64,000 nucleotides of DNA from an uncultured Eubacteriales bacterium (GCA_902768795.1 CACXMS010000004.1:10978-74977); one strand, 5' to 3'. Numbered from the stretch's first letter, positions 8,346 through 18,880 are shown. Numbers and translations: made by a program. The notes: generated from the sequence alone by a model not told the origin.

Positions 8346-9425
8346 ATGATTCGCAAAACCGCCCGCTTCCAAATTGTCATCTGGCTGCTTGCCGCGCTGT
8401 TTCTTCTGGGCTCCGCCGTCGGATGTACGCAAAAGCAGGACGCAGATCTTTCGGCGCTGACGCAAACGTTGATTTCCGAGCGCAACGAACTGCAGAACGA
8501 ACTGAGTAGCGCGCAGGCCGAGCTCGGCAGCGCAAAGCAGGAAATTGAATCGCTCAAAGCGGCTCTGACCGAAGCGCAGTCCGTCGAGCCCACGGTCGTG
8601 ACCGAAACGAAGGAGGTCGTTACCGAGGTTCCGGTCAAGTACGCATACGGCATGAACTGCACGATCAACGGGGAACGCACTGTAAAACTTTCCGACGGCA
8701 GCGCAGAATATTCCTGCAAAGCGGATTCGATCGAAGGATACGTTTTCGATCATTGGGTCGTCGGGGAAAAAGTCGATGAGGTCTCCGGCCCGGAAGCTTC
8801 GTTTACGCTGTCCGACACTACGGTGGTTCAGGCCGTCTTCCATCAGCGCCATATCGTCAAAACGGTCAACTGCCATCTGCAGTTTATGAACGCAGGCGGC
8901 AACGCGAAGGGCTCGAATTATACCGAGTTCGATTTTGAGGAGGATTATGTCAATCCCGTCACGAACGCCAAGTGCGCGGGCGGCAAGATCAGCTTTTATC
9001 TGACGGCCGACATTCCCAAGGGCAAGGAAGTCGATTACTGGCTCATCAACGGGGTGAAATATCAGTACCCGAACAACGTGACGAAGTTCCGCGTCGAAAA
9101 CCTCGACGAAAACACGGTTTATGAAGTCGTTTTCAAGGGCGAAACCAAAAAGACGACCCCCACGACGTATTATAACGTAACCTGCACAAACTGTACGTTC
9201 TCGGGCGGCGGCGCTTCCGGCAGCTCCGGCAAGGTTCCGGCCGGCACAACAATTACCATCAAGGGCGTATCGTATTCGAGCGAGGCATATTTCACCGGGA
9301 CGCCGGGATCGGTAGACCGTCATTTCACGACGCCGACCTCGCACAGCGGGAAACAGTATGTTTTCACCTATACCTATGTCGTGAACAGCGATACCACCGT
9401 TTACTTCCGCGGAGTCGTCAACTGA
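8346..9425 (+). CDS. Secreted lipoprotein with coiled coil and InlB-B-repeat/Flg_new-like beta domains
   Basis: 359 aa. Signal peptide plus lipobox LLGSAVGC. Heptad-like ELQNELSSAQAELGSAKQEIESLKAAL. GYVFDHWVVGEKV and DYWLINGVKY motifs resemble Listeria-Bacteroides repeats. Confidence 0.6.
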   Translation: MIRKTARFQIVIWLLAALFLLGSAVGCTQKQDADLSALTQTLISERNELQNELSSAQAELGSAKQEIESLKAALTEAQSVEPTVVTETKEVVTEVPVKYAYGMNCTINGERTVKLSDGSAEYSCKADSIEGYVFDHWVVGEKVDEVSGPEASFTLSDTTVVQAVFHQRHIVKTVNCHLQFMNAGGNAKGSNYTEFDFEEDYVNPVTNAKCAGGKISFYLTADIPKGKEVDYWLINGVKYQYPNNVTKFRVENLDENTVYEVVFKGETKKTTPTTYYNVTCTNCTFSGGGASGSSGKVPAGTTITIKGVSYSSEAYFTGTPGSVDRHFTTPTSHSGKQYVFTYTYVVNSDTTVYFRGVVN

Positions 9426-9448
9426 TCGCGATTCCCGAACAGCTTATG

Positions 9449-9491
9449 AAAGCGGGTCTTTCGGAACGATTGTTCCGAAAGACCCGCTTTT
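9449..9491 (+). terminator. Rho-independent terminator
   Basis: 19-bp stem AAAGCGGGTCTTTCGGAAC, loop GATT, GTTCCGAAAGACCCGCTTT, then T run. Confidence 0.8.
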
Positions 9492-9505
9492 GCGAAATGT
9501 TGCGA

Positions 9506-9643
9506 CAGGCCGGCAAGAACGGGCTTGGAATCCGCGTTTTCGGCGCATGATCGAAGAAAAGACGGTTTTTCCGTCTTTTCCTCCTGCAAGTATTCTTTTC
9601 CCAAACCCGCCAAAAATGGTCCGGACCCGTTATTGGCAGTCTG
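9506..9643. repeat. MITE-like intergenic element, copy A (138 bp)
   Basis: Imperfect 19-bp terminal inverted repeats: CAGGCCGGCAAGAACGGGC on the left, reverse complement of the right end CAGACTGCCAATAACGGGT. Internal hairpin GAAAAGACGG/CCGTCTTTTC. Homologous to 32062-32253 and 50055-50145. Confidence 0.7.
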
Positions 9644-9651
9644 AATTCCGA

Positions 9652-9867
9652 TTATTCGCCGTTCGGCTCCTCATAAAGATATTCGTCGTCCTCGAACGTG
9701 AAATCGTCGGTTTCATCCGCGATTGCGTCGTTGTAATCGTTGTACAGCAGCTCCCGATAGTACGTATCGCGCGTGGCAAGCTCGATGGGATCCAGCTTGC
9801 CGTCGCGGTCGAAATCAAACGACTCCGGGCCGATTTCGGGGTTCCGTTCACTTTCCGACATACGCAT
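9652..9867 (-). CDS. Small acidic protein with one canonical EF-hand loop
   Basis: AAGGAGG RBS inside the end of the upstream gene, then ATGCGTATG. DFDRDGKLDPIE fits the 12-residue EF-hand loop (D1 D3 D5 G6 L8 D9 E12). C-terminus is D/E/Y-rich. Confidence 0.55.
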   Translation of the reverse strand: MRMSESERNPEIGPESFDFDRDGKLDPIELATRDTYYRELLYNDYNDAIADETDDFTFEDDEYLYEEPNGE

Positions 9868-11260
9868 AGGCCTCCTTATGATAGACCGCTTTCTCAAGCG
9901 CTTCCGCTTTCCAGGCGTCCTGCAGCTCGTTCCATGCGGTTTCCGTCGCCGCCGCTTTCGCCGCGGTGCGGATCGCGTCCTCGATCGGCGCGCGATCGAC
10001 GGCGCCGGGCGTCAGCCGTCCGACCATATAGACAAGGTACACGGCGTTCCCCACGGTGATCACGTCGGAATACGCTCCGTCCTGCAGCGCGGCCGCGGCT
10101 TTTTGGACTTCCTCCGCAAATTCCCAGTCGCTGCCGTTCAGGCACAGGATCTGCTCCCTGGCATCGGGCGCCGCCTCGTCAATCGACGCTCCGCCGCGCA
10201 GCTTTTCGAGAATCCCGTTGACCGTCGCAACCGAGTCGCCGTAATACGCCTCCCGGAGCTCCTCGTTTTTCTGCACGAGCTTCGCATATTCGGCGCGAAT
10301 CTCCTCAAGCTTTGCCTCGTCGCCGCCGCTCAGCGCGATCTTTCCGTATTCCGCCTCATACTCGGCGATCTTCGTGTTGTTTTCGGAAATCTCCGCAGGC
10401 GCCTCGCCTTCGGGCGTGCTTTTGATCAGCTTCACAACGGCCAGTCCCTCCGGCACGTAGAGCAGCGGATCCCCGGTCGTGCTTTCCCGGGAGGTGCGAT
10501 ACATCGTCGGATCCCCGTCAAACGTCTCTTTCTGTTCCGCAAGCGTGTCCTCATACCATTTCTCGACCGCCGCATCGTCCGCAACGACGGTTTCGTCGCT
10601 CACCGCGCGCAGTTTTTCCACATAGGCGTTGACGATTCCCTCTTGATAATAATAGTCATACGCCTCGGAAATATAGACGTCGATATCCGCGTTCGGATCA
10701 TTGTAGTATTCCCGGATCTCGTCGTTCAGATAGTGCAGCGTTTCTTCGAGCTGTTCGGGAGTGAGCTCCGCGGAGCTTGCCACGTCGCCCGCATCGGTAT
10801 AGTAGGACGCATAGTACGTGATCAGACTCTCGTATTCCTCGTCGGCGCTGTAATGCGCGTCCTGATCGATTTTGTCGAGTTCCGCTTCGGTCAGTTCGAC
10901 GCCCGTTTCCTTGGCTTTCCAGATCGGAAGCCGCTCGGTCAGAAGATCCTCGATCGACATCTGCACATATTCGGCGATTGACTCCTCGTCGGTCGGCGCG
11001 CTTGTCCCATAATAGGAAAACAGCTCGATGTAGCTGTTGTACATGTCTTCGATCTCTCCGGCGGTGATTTGCACGTCGCCGAGTTCAACGGCAACCGCAT
11101 CGCGGTTCCGGGAGACGTTCGGCGCAGGCGCAACGCCCGAGGGCGCGTCGGTCACGGCGGCCGTGGGCGTTTCGGCGTCCTGCCGGACAAGGCAGCCGAA
11201 CGCCGACGCAAACAGCAGCGCCGCCAGTGCTACGGATATCAAACGGATCGTATGTTTCAT
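9848..11260 (-). CDS. SurA-N-terminal-domain/PrsA-like foldase lipoprotein (no clear PPIase core seen)
   Basis: 470 aa. Signal peptide with LFASAFGC lipobox. Acidic helical protein in the position downstream of mfd that PrsA-like genes occupy in Clostridia. Confidence 0.5.
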   Translation of the reverse strand: MKHTIRLISVALAALLFASAFGCLVRQDAETPTAAVTDAPSGVAPAPNVSRNRDAVAVELGDVQITAGEIEDMYNSYIELFSYYGTSAPTDEESIAEYVQMSIEDLLTERLPIWKAKETGVELTEAELDKIDQDAHYSADEEYESLITYYASYYTDAGDVASSAELTPEQLEETLHYLNDEIREYYNDPNADIDVYISEAYDYYYQEGIVNAYVEKLRAVSDETVVADDAAVEKWYEDTLAEQKETFDGDPTMYRTSRESTTGDPLLYVPEGLAVVKLIKSTPEGEAPAEISENNTKIAEYEAEYGKIALSGGDEAKLEEIRAEYAKLVQKNEELREAYYGDSVATVNGILEKLRGGASIDEAAPDAREQILCLNGSDWEFAEEVQKAAAALQDGAYSDVITVGNAVYLVYMVGRLTPGAVDRAPIEDAIRTAAKAAATETAWNELQDAWKAEALEKAVYHKEAYAYVGK

Positions 11261-11303
11261 TTTCAGTTCCTTTCCCGGGTATTTATATCAGGTATTTAAA
11301 TCA

Positions 11304-14300
11304 TTATAAAGCATTCTCGTTCAGGATACAATGCTTCAACCTGTAAAGAAATTGTGGAAGTATTTTGACAATCTCCTCCACATTTGCGCCCTTTTGCCGC
11401 CATTCGACGGACGTGCTCTCTCCGCTGAGGAGCCGCGCGCCGCTTTCCTCGGACAGCACCGCAAGAAGCCGCATCCCGTCCGGCCGCGCCGAAGCGTCGT
11501 ACTTCAGCGTCGCGCCGCCGTCGCGCACGCGAACCTCCGAAAACCCCGCCGCCCGCGCATAGGCGCGGATTAAGCTCAGCTGCATCAGGTTCATCACCGG
11601 ATCCGGCAGCTCGCCGTACCGATCGTTGAACTCGTCGAGCAGGTCGGAAAAGCTGTCGCCGTCGTCAATCTCGGCGATGCGGCGATACATGGCAAGCCGG
11701 TGCAGCTCGCTCGGCAGAAACGCTTTCGGGACGAATGCGTCCATCGGCGCGTCGACCGTCGTTTCAATCTCCTGTCCGACGGTTTCGCCGCGCGCCTGGG
11801 CAACCGCCTGCCGCATCAGCTTGCAGTAATACTCATAGCCGACGTCGGTGATGTGTCCGTGCTGCTCCGCGCCGAGCAGATTGCCCGCGCCGCGGATTTC
11901 GAGATCGCGCAGCGCCAGCCGGAATCCCGCGCCGAACTGCGTAAACTCCCGGATCGCCAGCAGCCGCTTTTGCGCCGTCTCCGAAACCGCCTGCGAAGCC
12001 GGGACCGTCAGGTACGCATACGCCATGCGGCTCGAGCGACCGACCCTGCCGCGGAGTTGATACAGCTGTGCCAGTCCGAATTTATCCGCTTCGAGCACCA
12101 CGAGTGTGTTGGCGTTCGGGATATCCACGCCGCTCTCGATGATCGTAGAGCAGACAAGGATGTCGATCTCGCGCTCCAGGAAGCGCATCATTACGGCTTC
12201 AAGCTCCGCTTCCGGCATCTGCCCGTGCGCATATTCGATTCGCGCGTCCGGCAAAAGCTGCCGAAAATGCGAAACTGTCAAAGGCATCGAAGCGACGCGG
12301 TTGGAAACGACAAACGCCTGCCCGCCGCGGGAAAGCTCGCGCGTCAGCACGCCTGTGATCAGCGCATCGTTGTATTCCAGCACGAACGTCTGCACCGGAA
12401 ACCGGTTTTCGGGCGGCGTTTCCATCGTCGAAATGTCGCGGATGCCGGTCATGGAAAGGTTCAGCGTGCGCGGGATCGGCGTCGCGGTCAGCGTCAGCAC
12501 GTCGACGTCGCCCTTGAGCGCCTTGATCTGCTCCTTGTGATTCACACCGAACCGATGTTCCTCGTCGATGATCAGCAGACCGAGGTTTTTGAACGAAACG
12601 GATTTGGCAAGCAGCGCATGCGTTCCGATCACGATGTCAATCTCTCCGCTTGCAAGCCGTTTTTTGATCGAAGCGGCTTCCTTTGCGCTCTGAAAGCGCG
12701 AAAGACAGGCGACGCGCACCGGGTATTCCGCAAACCGCGCGGCAATCGTGGCGTAATGCTGCTGCGCGAGGATCGTCGTCGGCACCAAAAATGCAACCTG
12801 CCGGCTGTCCTGCACCGCCTTGAAAGCCGCGCGCATCGCAACCTCGGTCTTGCCGTACCCGACGTCGCCGCACAGCAGCCGGTCCATCGGACGCGGCGAT
12901 TCCATGTCGCGCTTGACGTCCGCGATCGCGGCGGCCTGGTCGGGCGTTTCCTCATACGGGAACGCTTCCTCCATGCGCTTTTGCCACGCGTTGTCGCCGG
13001 AAAACGCGAACCCGCGGCTGTTGCTGCGCTCGGCGTAAAGACGCGCCAAATCGACCGCGAGCTTTTTTGCGCCGGCTTTGGCTTTTGCGACGCGGTTTTG
13101 CCAGTCGTTCCCGCCGAGTTTGGACAGCTGCGGCGGATGTTCCTCGTCGGTTCCGATGTATTTCTGGACGCGGTCGAGCTGATCGGTCGGAATATAGAGC
13201 CGGTCCTCACCGCGATACGCAAACAGCAGATAATCGCGCGTGTGATTCTCCACGGTAAGCTGCTCAACGCCGAGAAATCTGCCGATGCCGTGTACTTCAT
13301 GCACGACCAGATCGCCCGGCACAAGATCGCTCTTTTGCAGCGCGTTTGTTTTTCGCCGCGCTTTTGCGGACGGGCGCTTTCCGAACAGCTCGAACGGCGT
13401 CAAAATGCACAGATGCAGCTCGGGGAACACAAACCCCTGCGGCAGCGATTCGTTCAGGACCAGAATCTCGCCGCGCACCGGCGGGCGCGTCAGCGTTTCC
13501 GCCGCCGCAAACGGCAGCTCCGCCTCCGAAAACCGGTCCGCGATCCGCGCGGCCCCCTCGCCCGCATAGAGCAGGACCGCCTGTTTTTGGCGGCGCATGG
13601 CGGAAAGCTCCTCCGTCAGCCGCCCGAAATCGGAAAGGTACTGCGGCGCGCCCTCCGCGGCGAACGAAACGCGCGAACGGTGCGTCAGCGCCGGGCAGGT
13701 GCGAAACAGCGCATAAAACGCCGCCGTATACGGCGTATCGAGCAGCGCGGCAAGCCGTTCGGCGGAGCAGAGCAGATGCGCCTGCAGCCGATGTCCTTCG
13801 CCGCGCTCGAGCGTCGCCGCCACGGTTTCCGCAAAAACGAGCTCGGCCGCTTTCGCTTCGTCCAGGATGCGCTGCGGCTCCGACAGGAGCAGAACCGGCG
13901 CGTTTTTGCAGTAATCAAACAGCGTTGCCGGTTCCGGATACAGCAGCGGCACAAGCATATCCGCGCCCTCGCACGGCTGCCCCTGTTCCCATGCGTCGAT
14001 CTGCGGATCGAACCCGACGGTGTTCTTCAAAAGCCGCAGCGCGCGCGCCATCGCTTCGGACGACTGCGGCGTTTCATACGCGGGCGGCAGGATCGCGTTG
14101 GTCTGCTGTTCGATGCTTCGCTGCGTCAGCGGATCAAACATGCGGATCTGGTCGATCTCGTCCCCGAAAAATTCAATGCGGTACGGATACGGCGCCTGCG
14201 GCGGATAAACGTCGAGAATATCGCCGCGCAGCGCGCACTGGCCCGCGCCCTCGATCTGATCGCAGCGCTCGTAGCCCGCCTCGACCAATGCGGCCAGCAG

Positions 14301-14744
14301 CGCGCGCGGATCCGTTTCCTCCCCGACCGCAACGGTTCGAAGCTGCGCTAAAAACGCATCCGGCGGCGCCAACCGTTCCATCAGCGCTTCGGGACAGGTC
14401 ACGACGAGCATCTGCTGACCGAGCGCCAACCGCGAAAGCACCGCAAGCCGATCGGCGCGGCGCTCCGTGCTCACCGCCTGCAGATGCACAAGCGGCAGTT
14501 CGCGCGGCAGATACAGCAGCGTGTTCGGAGAAAACGCGCGCAGCAGGCCGTGAAGCTTCATCGCTTCAATTTGCGTGGACGCCGTCAGAAACAGCGTCCT
14601 GTTCTCAGCGAGCGCGGCGGTCACCGCCATGCGGTGCGATTCGGGCAAGCCAAAGACGGCAGCCGTTCCGCTGCCGTCGGTCAACGCATGTTCGAGCTGT
14701 CGGTAAGCGGCGTCCTTTCGGATCGCCTTCAGAAGTTCACGCAT
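11304..14744 (-). CDS. mfd: Transcription-repair coupling factor
   Basis: 1146 aa. Superfamily-2 helicase motifs [29 protein letters not shown]. CarD-like [13 protein letters not shown] region. Confidence 0.95.
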   Translation of the reverse strand: MRELLKAIRKDAAYRQLEHALTDGSGTAAVFGLPESHRMAVTAALAENRTLFLTASTQIEAMKLHGLLRAFSPNTLLYLPRELPLVHLQAVSTERRADRLAVLSRLALGQQMLVVTCPEALMERLAPPDAFLAQLRTVAVGEETDPRALLAALVEAGYERCDQIEGAGQCALRGDILDVYPPQAPYPYRIEFFGDEIDQIRMFDPLTQRSIEQQTNAILPPAYETPQSSEAMARALRLLKNTVGFDPQIDAWEQGQPCEGADMLVPLLYPEPATLFDYCKNAPVLLLSEPQRILDEAKAAELVFAETVAATLERGEGHRLQAHLLCSAERLAALLDTPYTAAFYALFRTCPALTHRSRVSFAAEGAPQYLSDFGRLTEELSAMRRQKQAVLLYAGEGAARIADRFSEAELPFAAAETLTRPPVRGEILVLNESLPQGFVFPELHLCILTPFELFGKRPSAKARRKTNALQKSDLVPGDLVVHEVHGIGRFLGVEQLTVENHTRDYLLFAYRGEDRLYIPTDQLDRVQKYIGTDEEHPPQLSKLGGNDWQNRVAKAKAGAKKLAVDLARLYAERSNSRGFAFSGDNAWQKRMEEAFPYEETPDQAAAIADVKRDMESPRPMDRLLCGDVGYGKTEVAMRAAFKAVQDSRQVAFLVPTTILAQQHYATIAARFAEYPVRVACLSRFQSAKEAASIKKRLASGEIDIVIGTHALLAKSVSFKNLGLLIIDEEHRFGVNHKEQIKALKGDVDVLTLTATPIPRTLNLSMTGIRDISTMETPPENRFPVQTFVLEYNDALITGVLTRELSRGGQAFVVSNRVASMPLTVSHFRQLLPDARIEYAHGQMPEAELEAVMMRFLEREIDILVCSTIIESGVDIPNANTLVVLEADKFGLAQLYQLRGRVGRSSRMAYAYLTVPASQAVSETAQKRLLAIREFTQFGAGFRLALRDLEIRGAGNLLGAEQHGHITDVGYEYYCKLMRQAVAQARGETVGQEIETTVDAPMDAFVPKAFLPSELHRLAMYRRIAEIDDGDSFSDLLDEFNDRYGELPDPVMNLMQLSLIRAYARAAGFSEVRVRDGGATLKYDASARPDGMRLLAVLSEESGARLLSGESTSVEWRQKGANVEEIVKILPQFLYRLKHCILNENAL

Positions 14745-15330
14745 CCGGTTCGTTCTTTTTCATCGATTCATGTTTCTTATTGTATTTTCCCTGCGCTTCG
14801 GTCATCCTGCCCGCCGCGATCAGCTCCGCCGCCTCCGCGGCGTGATCAAACGCTTCGGCAAGAACCGCCCGTTCGTCCCCGGACGGACGTTTCAGCACAT
14901 AATCCCGCAGCAGCAGCGTCTGATCGTTGCCGACGCCGATCCGCACCCGCGCAAACTGATCCGAGTGCACGCACGCAATGACGGACCGCATGCCGTTGTG
15001 CGTACCTGCCGAGCCGTTCTGCCGGATCCGAAGACTGCCGACGGGCAGATCGATATCGTCGTACAGCACGATCAGCGACGACGGCTCCAGCTTGTAGAAA
15101 TTCAAAACCTGCTGCACCGCGTCGCCCGAATTGTTCATATAGGTCTGCGGCTTCACGAGCAGCGCGCGCTGCCCGCCGATCTGCCCTTCCCCGTAGACCG
15201 CCGAAAAGCCCTTTTTGTTGAAGCGCACGCCGTTGCGCTCCGCAAGGCGGTCAATCGCGGAAAAGCCCGCGTTGTGCCGCGTTTTGCGGTAGGCAAGCCC
15301 CGGATTGCCGAGGCCGACGATGATGATCAT
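14737..15330 (-). CDS. pth: Peptidyl-tRNA hydrolase
   Basis: 197 aa. MIIIVGLGNPG..YRKTRHNAGF..GTHNGMRS. 8-nt overlap with mfd. Confidence 0.95.
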   Translation of the reverse strand: MIIIVGLGNPGLAYRKTRHNAGFSAIDRLAERNGVRFNKKGFSAVYGEGQIGGQRALLVKPQTYMNNSGDAVQQVLNFYKLEPSSLIVLYDDIDLPVGSLRIRQNGSAGTHNGMRSVIACVHSDQFARVRIGVGNDQTLLLRDYVLKRPSGDERAVLAEAFDHAAEAAELIAAGRMTEAQGKYNKKHESMKKNEPDA

Positions 15331-15358
15331 ATCCGTTTCCTTTCCGGGAAGCCCCGTC

Positions 15359-16387
15359 TTACAGCGCGTCCGCGATATCGTAAATCAGCCGTTCGGTTTT
15401 TTCCCAGCCGAGACAGGCGTCGGTGATCGACTTGCCGTAGCAGGTACCGCCGACAGGCTGGTTTCCGTCCTCGAGGTAGCTTTCCACCATGAACCCCTTC
15501 ACAAGTCCGCGGATGTCGTTCGAATACGCGCGGCAGCCGAGCACCTCGCGGACGATCCGCGGCTGCTCGAACGGATCCTTGCCGGAATTCGCATGGTTCG
15601 TGTCAATCAGAAGCGCATGGTTTTTTAGCTCGCGCTCAGCGTACAGGTCGTACACGCGCCGAAGGTCCTCATAGTGGTAGTTCGGCATCGCGTTGCCCTG
15701 CTTGTTCGTATAGCCGCGCAGGATCGCGTGCGCGTAGGGGTTCCCCTGCGAATGCGCCGCCCAGCCGCGATAGATGAACGAATGCTTATGCTGCGCGGTC
15801 TGGATCGCGTTCATCATGATCGTAAGGTCGCCGCTCGTCGGATTCTTCATGCCGACGGGAACTTCGATGCCGCTCGCGGTCAGCCGGTGCTGCTGATCCT
15901 CGACCGAGCGCGCGCCGACCGCGACATACGCCAGAAGATCGTCGATGTACTTATGGTTCTCGGGGTAGAGCATCTCGTCCGCGCAGGAAAAGCCGTAATC
16001 GCGCACGGCCTGCATGTGCAGAGCGCGCGTCGTGATGATGCCCTTGTAAAGGTCGGGCTTGCCGTTCGGATCGGGCTGGTGCAGGATGCCTTTATATCCG
16101 TCGCCGGTCGTGCGCGGCTTGTTCGTATAGATGCGCGGCACGATGAAAACCTTCTCCGCAACGCGATTCGCGACCGGACGCAGCCGTTCCAGGTATTCGA
16201 GCATCGCATCCTCCCGGTCGGCCGAGCACGGTCCGATCACCAGAACGATCCGATCATCCTCGCCGCGAAAGATTTTCTGCAGCTCCGCCTGCCGTTTTTC
16301 GACCGTTTGCGCGATCTTTTCGGTCACGGGAAAGCGTTCCTTCACTTCCATCGGAATCGCCAGCTTGCGTTCAAATTCCATATTCAT
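15359..16387 (-). CDS. aroF: 3-deoxy-7-phosphoheptulonate (DAHP) synthase, type I
   Basis: 342 aa. LVIGPCSADRED, IYTNKPRTTGDGYKGILHQP, LIDTNHANS. Confidence 0.85.
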   Translation of the reverse strand: MNMEFERKLAIPMEVKERFPVTEKIAQTVEKRQAELQKIFRGEDDRIVLVIGPCSADREDAMLEYLERLRPVANRVAEKVFIVPRIYTNKPRTTGDGYKGILHQPDPNGKPDLYKGIITTRALHMQAVRDYGFSCADEMLYPENHKYIDDLLAYVAVGARSVEDQQHRLTASGIEVPVGMKNPTSGDLTIMMNAIQTAQHKHSFIYRGWAAHSQGNPYAHAILRGYTNKQGNAMPNYHYEDLRRVYDLYAERELKNHALLIDTNHANSGKDPFEQPRIVREVLGCRAYSNDIRGLVKGFMVESYLEDGNQPVGGTCYGKSITDACLGWEKTERLIYDIADAL

Positions 16388-16402
16388 AAGCCATACTACC
16401 TC

Positions 16403-17257
16403 TTATTTGTCAAAATAGCCCCGCCGCTCGGTCGAAAGGCGCATCTTCGCCATCAGCCCTTCGCGGTCGTCCTCGTCCAGCATCGACCGAAGCTCGGACA
16501 GCTCGCCGATGAACCGGTCCATCTGTTCGAGCAGCTCCGTCTTGTTCAGCAAAAACAGCTCGCTCCACATCTTTTCGTTGATGCGCGAAATGCGCGTCAG
16601 ATCCCGGAACGAATCGCCCGTATAATCCACCAGATGCCGGTTGTCGTTGCAGGTCATCAGCGCAACCGCGATGCAGTGCGTGAGCTGCGAAACGAACCCG
16701 ATCATCTCATCGTGTTCCTCGGGCGAAAGCAGCGATACGCGCCGGAACCCGAGCAGCCGCCCGAGACTCTTGCACCATTCGATCGCTTCGGGCGTGTTCG
16801 CGTCGGTCGGCGTGACAATGTAGTTCGCGTTCAGAAAAATGCGATCGTCCGCGTTTCTTACGCCTGACACCTCGCGCCCCGCCATCGGATGCGCCGCAAT
16901 GAATTCCACGTCGCCGCGCAGCATCGCCTGGATATCGTAAACGACGCACGCCTTCACGCCCGTCACGTCGGTCAGAAGCGCGCCCGGCTTCAGAAGATGC
17001 TGATACGCGGCGATCCACTCCCTGAACGCCGAGGGATAGAGCGCAAAGATCACCGCGTCCGCGTTCGAAACGAGCGACGGATCCGGCTCGGCCGCGCCCT
17101 TTTGGATGATCCCGCTTTCGAGCGCGTAGGCGATCGCGTCCGGATCGCGGTCGATCGCCGCGACGCAGAAGCCCAGCCGCGTCAGCGCCTTTGCGTAGCT
17201 GCCGCCCATCAGGCCGAGACCGACGATCAAAATTTCACTGTTGCTGATCCAATTCAT
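16403..17257 (-). CDS. tyrA: Prephenate dehydrogenase
   Basis: 284 aa. Rossmann motif ILIVGLGLMGGSYAKAL. FIAAHPMAG motif. Confidence 0.85.
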   Translation of the reverse strand: MNWISNSEILIVGLGLMGGSYAKALTRLGFCVAAIDRDPDAIAYALESGIIQKGAAEPDPSLVSNADAVIFALYPSAFREWIAAYQHLLKPGALLTDVTGVKACVVYDIQAMLRGDVEFIAAHPMAGREVSGVRNADDRIFLNANYIVTPTDANTPEAIEWCKSLGRLLGFRRVSLLSPEEHDEMIGFVSQLTHCIAVALMTCNDNRHLVDYTGDSFRDLTRISRINEKMWSELFLLNKTELLEQMDRFIGELSELRSMLDEDDREGLMAKMRLSTERRGYFDK

Positions 17258-18452
17258 TGATTCTCACTCCAAGCGACCGATACCGGTCGAAAAAATCCGG
17301 AAAACTCTTCGCGACGGCTTCCGCCCCCGCAATGCTGCCGCCGACGGCGGCGCAAAGGAGCGCGTCCGCCATGACGACGCGGTGATCGTTGTGCCCGGAC
17401 AGCCGCGCCGTCGGCGCCGAAAGCCCCGGGTACACCGTCAGCGTATGCGCGTCCGCCTCGGTACGAACGCCGAACTTCCATAGCTCCTCCCGCATCGCGG
17501 CGACGCGGTCGCTCTCCTTCAGCCGCAGCCGTTCGACGCCGGTAAACGACGCGCCGTGCAGCGCGCCCGCGAGCGCGAACAGCACCGGTCCGAGGTCGGG
17601 ACAGTCGGATAGATCGATCACAGGCGAACCGCTTTGCAGCGCCGCAAAGTGCGCGCGGTAAACGCGATCCCCCTGCAGGCTGGATTCGTCCAGCCCGGTC
17701 ACGGTCACATTCCCGCCGAGCAGGTTCAGCCCCTCCAGAAATGCCGCGTTCGACCAGTCGCCCTCGACCTCCGTCTTTTGCGGCGAAAACCGCTGTCCGC
17801 CGGGGATACGCAGCGTCGTTTCCTCCGCCCATCCGGCTTCAACGCCGAACGCTTTGAGCGCCGAAAGCGTCAGATCGATATACGATCGGCTTTCGACGGG
17901 CGGCAAAAGACGGATCTCGCTGTCCTCTCTGCAAAGCGGCAGCGCATATAAAAGGCCCGTTGCGAACTGGCTGCTGACGCCGCCGGAAAAGAGGAAGGTT
18001 CCGCCGGTCAAAGGTCCCCTGACCGTGACGGACGTTTCGGTCTGTTCAAATAAAAATCCGTTTGCCCGGCACAGATCCGCGTAGATCGAAAGCGGACGCG
18101 ACAGCAGCTTTTGCGTGCCGGTCAGCGTGACCGGCGCTTCGGACAGCAGGCCGATCGGCAAAAGGAACCGCAGCGTGCTTCCGCTTTCACGGCAGGGAAG
18201 CGTCGCCGCGGACGCGCGCCGCGTCGGATCGAAGCCGGTCACCGTCGCCGTATCGCCATGAATCTGCACCGTAGTGCCGAGCGCGTTCAGGCAGTCCACG
18301 GTCGCGGCAACGTCGCTGCTTTGCGCCAGATTCGTGATTACGCTTCTGCCCTCAGCGAGCCCTGCGGCAAGCAGCAGCCGATGCGCCATGCTTTTGGACG
18401 GCGGCGCTGCAACGGTTCCATGCGCTTCGGAAGGGAAAAATTCCGCGATCAT
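17235..18452 (-). CDS. aroA: 3-phosphoshikimate 1-carboxyvinyltransferase (EPSP synthase, short form)
   Basis: 405 aa. PPSKSMAHRLLLAA start, ESGSTLRFLLP, KESDRVAAM, GHNDHRVVMA. Confidence 0.9.
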   Translation of the reverse strand: MIAEFFPSEAHGTVAAPPSKSMAHRLLLAAGLAEGRSVITNLAQSSDVAATVDCLNALGTTVQIHGDTATVTGFDPTRRASAATLPCRESGSTLRFLLPIGLLSEAPVTLTGTQKLLSRPLSIYADLCRANGFLFEQTETSVTVRGPLTGGTFLFSGGVSSQFATGLLYALPLCREDSEIRLLPPVESRSYIDLTLSALKAFGVEAGWAEETTLRIPGGQRFSPQKTEVEGDWSNAAFLEGLNLLGGNVTVTGLDESSLQGDRVYRAHFAALQSGSPVIDLSDCPDLGPVLFALAGALHGASFTGVERLRLKESDRVAAMREELWKFGVRTEADAHTLTVYPGLSAPTARLSGHNDHRVVMADALLCAAVGGSIAGAEAVAKSFPDFFDRYRSLGVRINELDQQQ

Positions 18453-18880
18453 GCGAGCGTTTCGATCAGAAAATCGATCGCCTCAAGGTACCCGTCGGTG
18501 CCGTGCCCCATGACCGTTTTGACGCACGCCTGCCGGATATAACTGACCTGCCGGAACGCTTCGCGCTTGGTCACGTCCGAGATATGCACCTCGACGGTCG
18601 GGATCGAAACCGCCTTGACCGCGTCTAAAAGCGCGATGCTCGTATGCGTATACGCGCCGGGATTGATCACGATCCCGTCCGCGTCGCCGTACGCCGCCTG
18701 AATCCGATCGACAAGGTCGCCCTCGTGGTTCGACTGGTACAGCTCGACTTCCGCGCCGCGCGCTTTTGCGTGCGCGCGGATTTTATCACAAAGATCGGCG
18801 TACGTTTCGACGCCGTAGACCGACGGTTCCCTCAGTCCGAGCATGTTCAGGTTCGGTCCGTTCAAAACAAGCAGCTTCAT
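18449..18880 (-). CDS. aroQ: Type II 3-dehydroquinate dehydratase
   Basis: 143 aa. LVLNGPNLNMLGLREPSVYG, QSNHEGDLVDRIQ, INPGAYTHTSIAL. Confidence 0.95.
   Translation of the reverse strand: MKLLVLNGPNLNMLGLREPSVYGVETYADLCDKIRAHAKARGAEVELYQSNHEGDLVDRIQAAYGDADGIVINPGAYTHTSIALLDAVKAVSIPTVEVHISDVTKREAFRQVSYIRQACVKTVMGHGTDGYLEAIDFLIETLA

Noticed and set aside
9401-9613. ORF 9401-9613 (70 aa) and ORF 49923-50264 (113 aa) running through repeat copies A and C
   Set aside because: Translations across the homologous DNA are unrelated in sequence and frame, so the conserved element is non-coding.
11700-14845. ORFs 11700-14351 (883 aa) and 13346-14845 (499 aa), antisense to mfd
   Set aside because: Same artefact. 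The translations are Arg/Ala/Pro-rich with no domains, whereas the opposite strand encodes an unmistakable Mfd.
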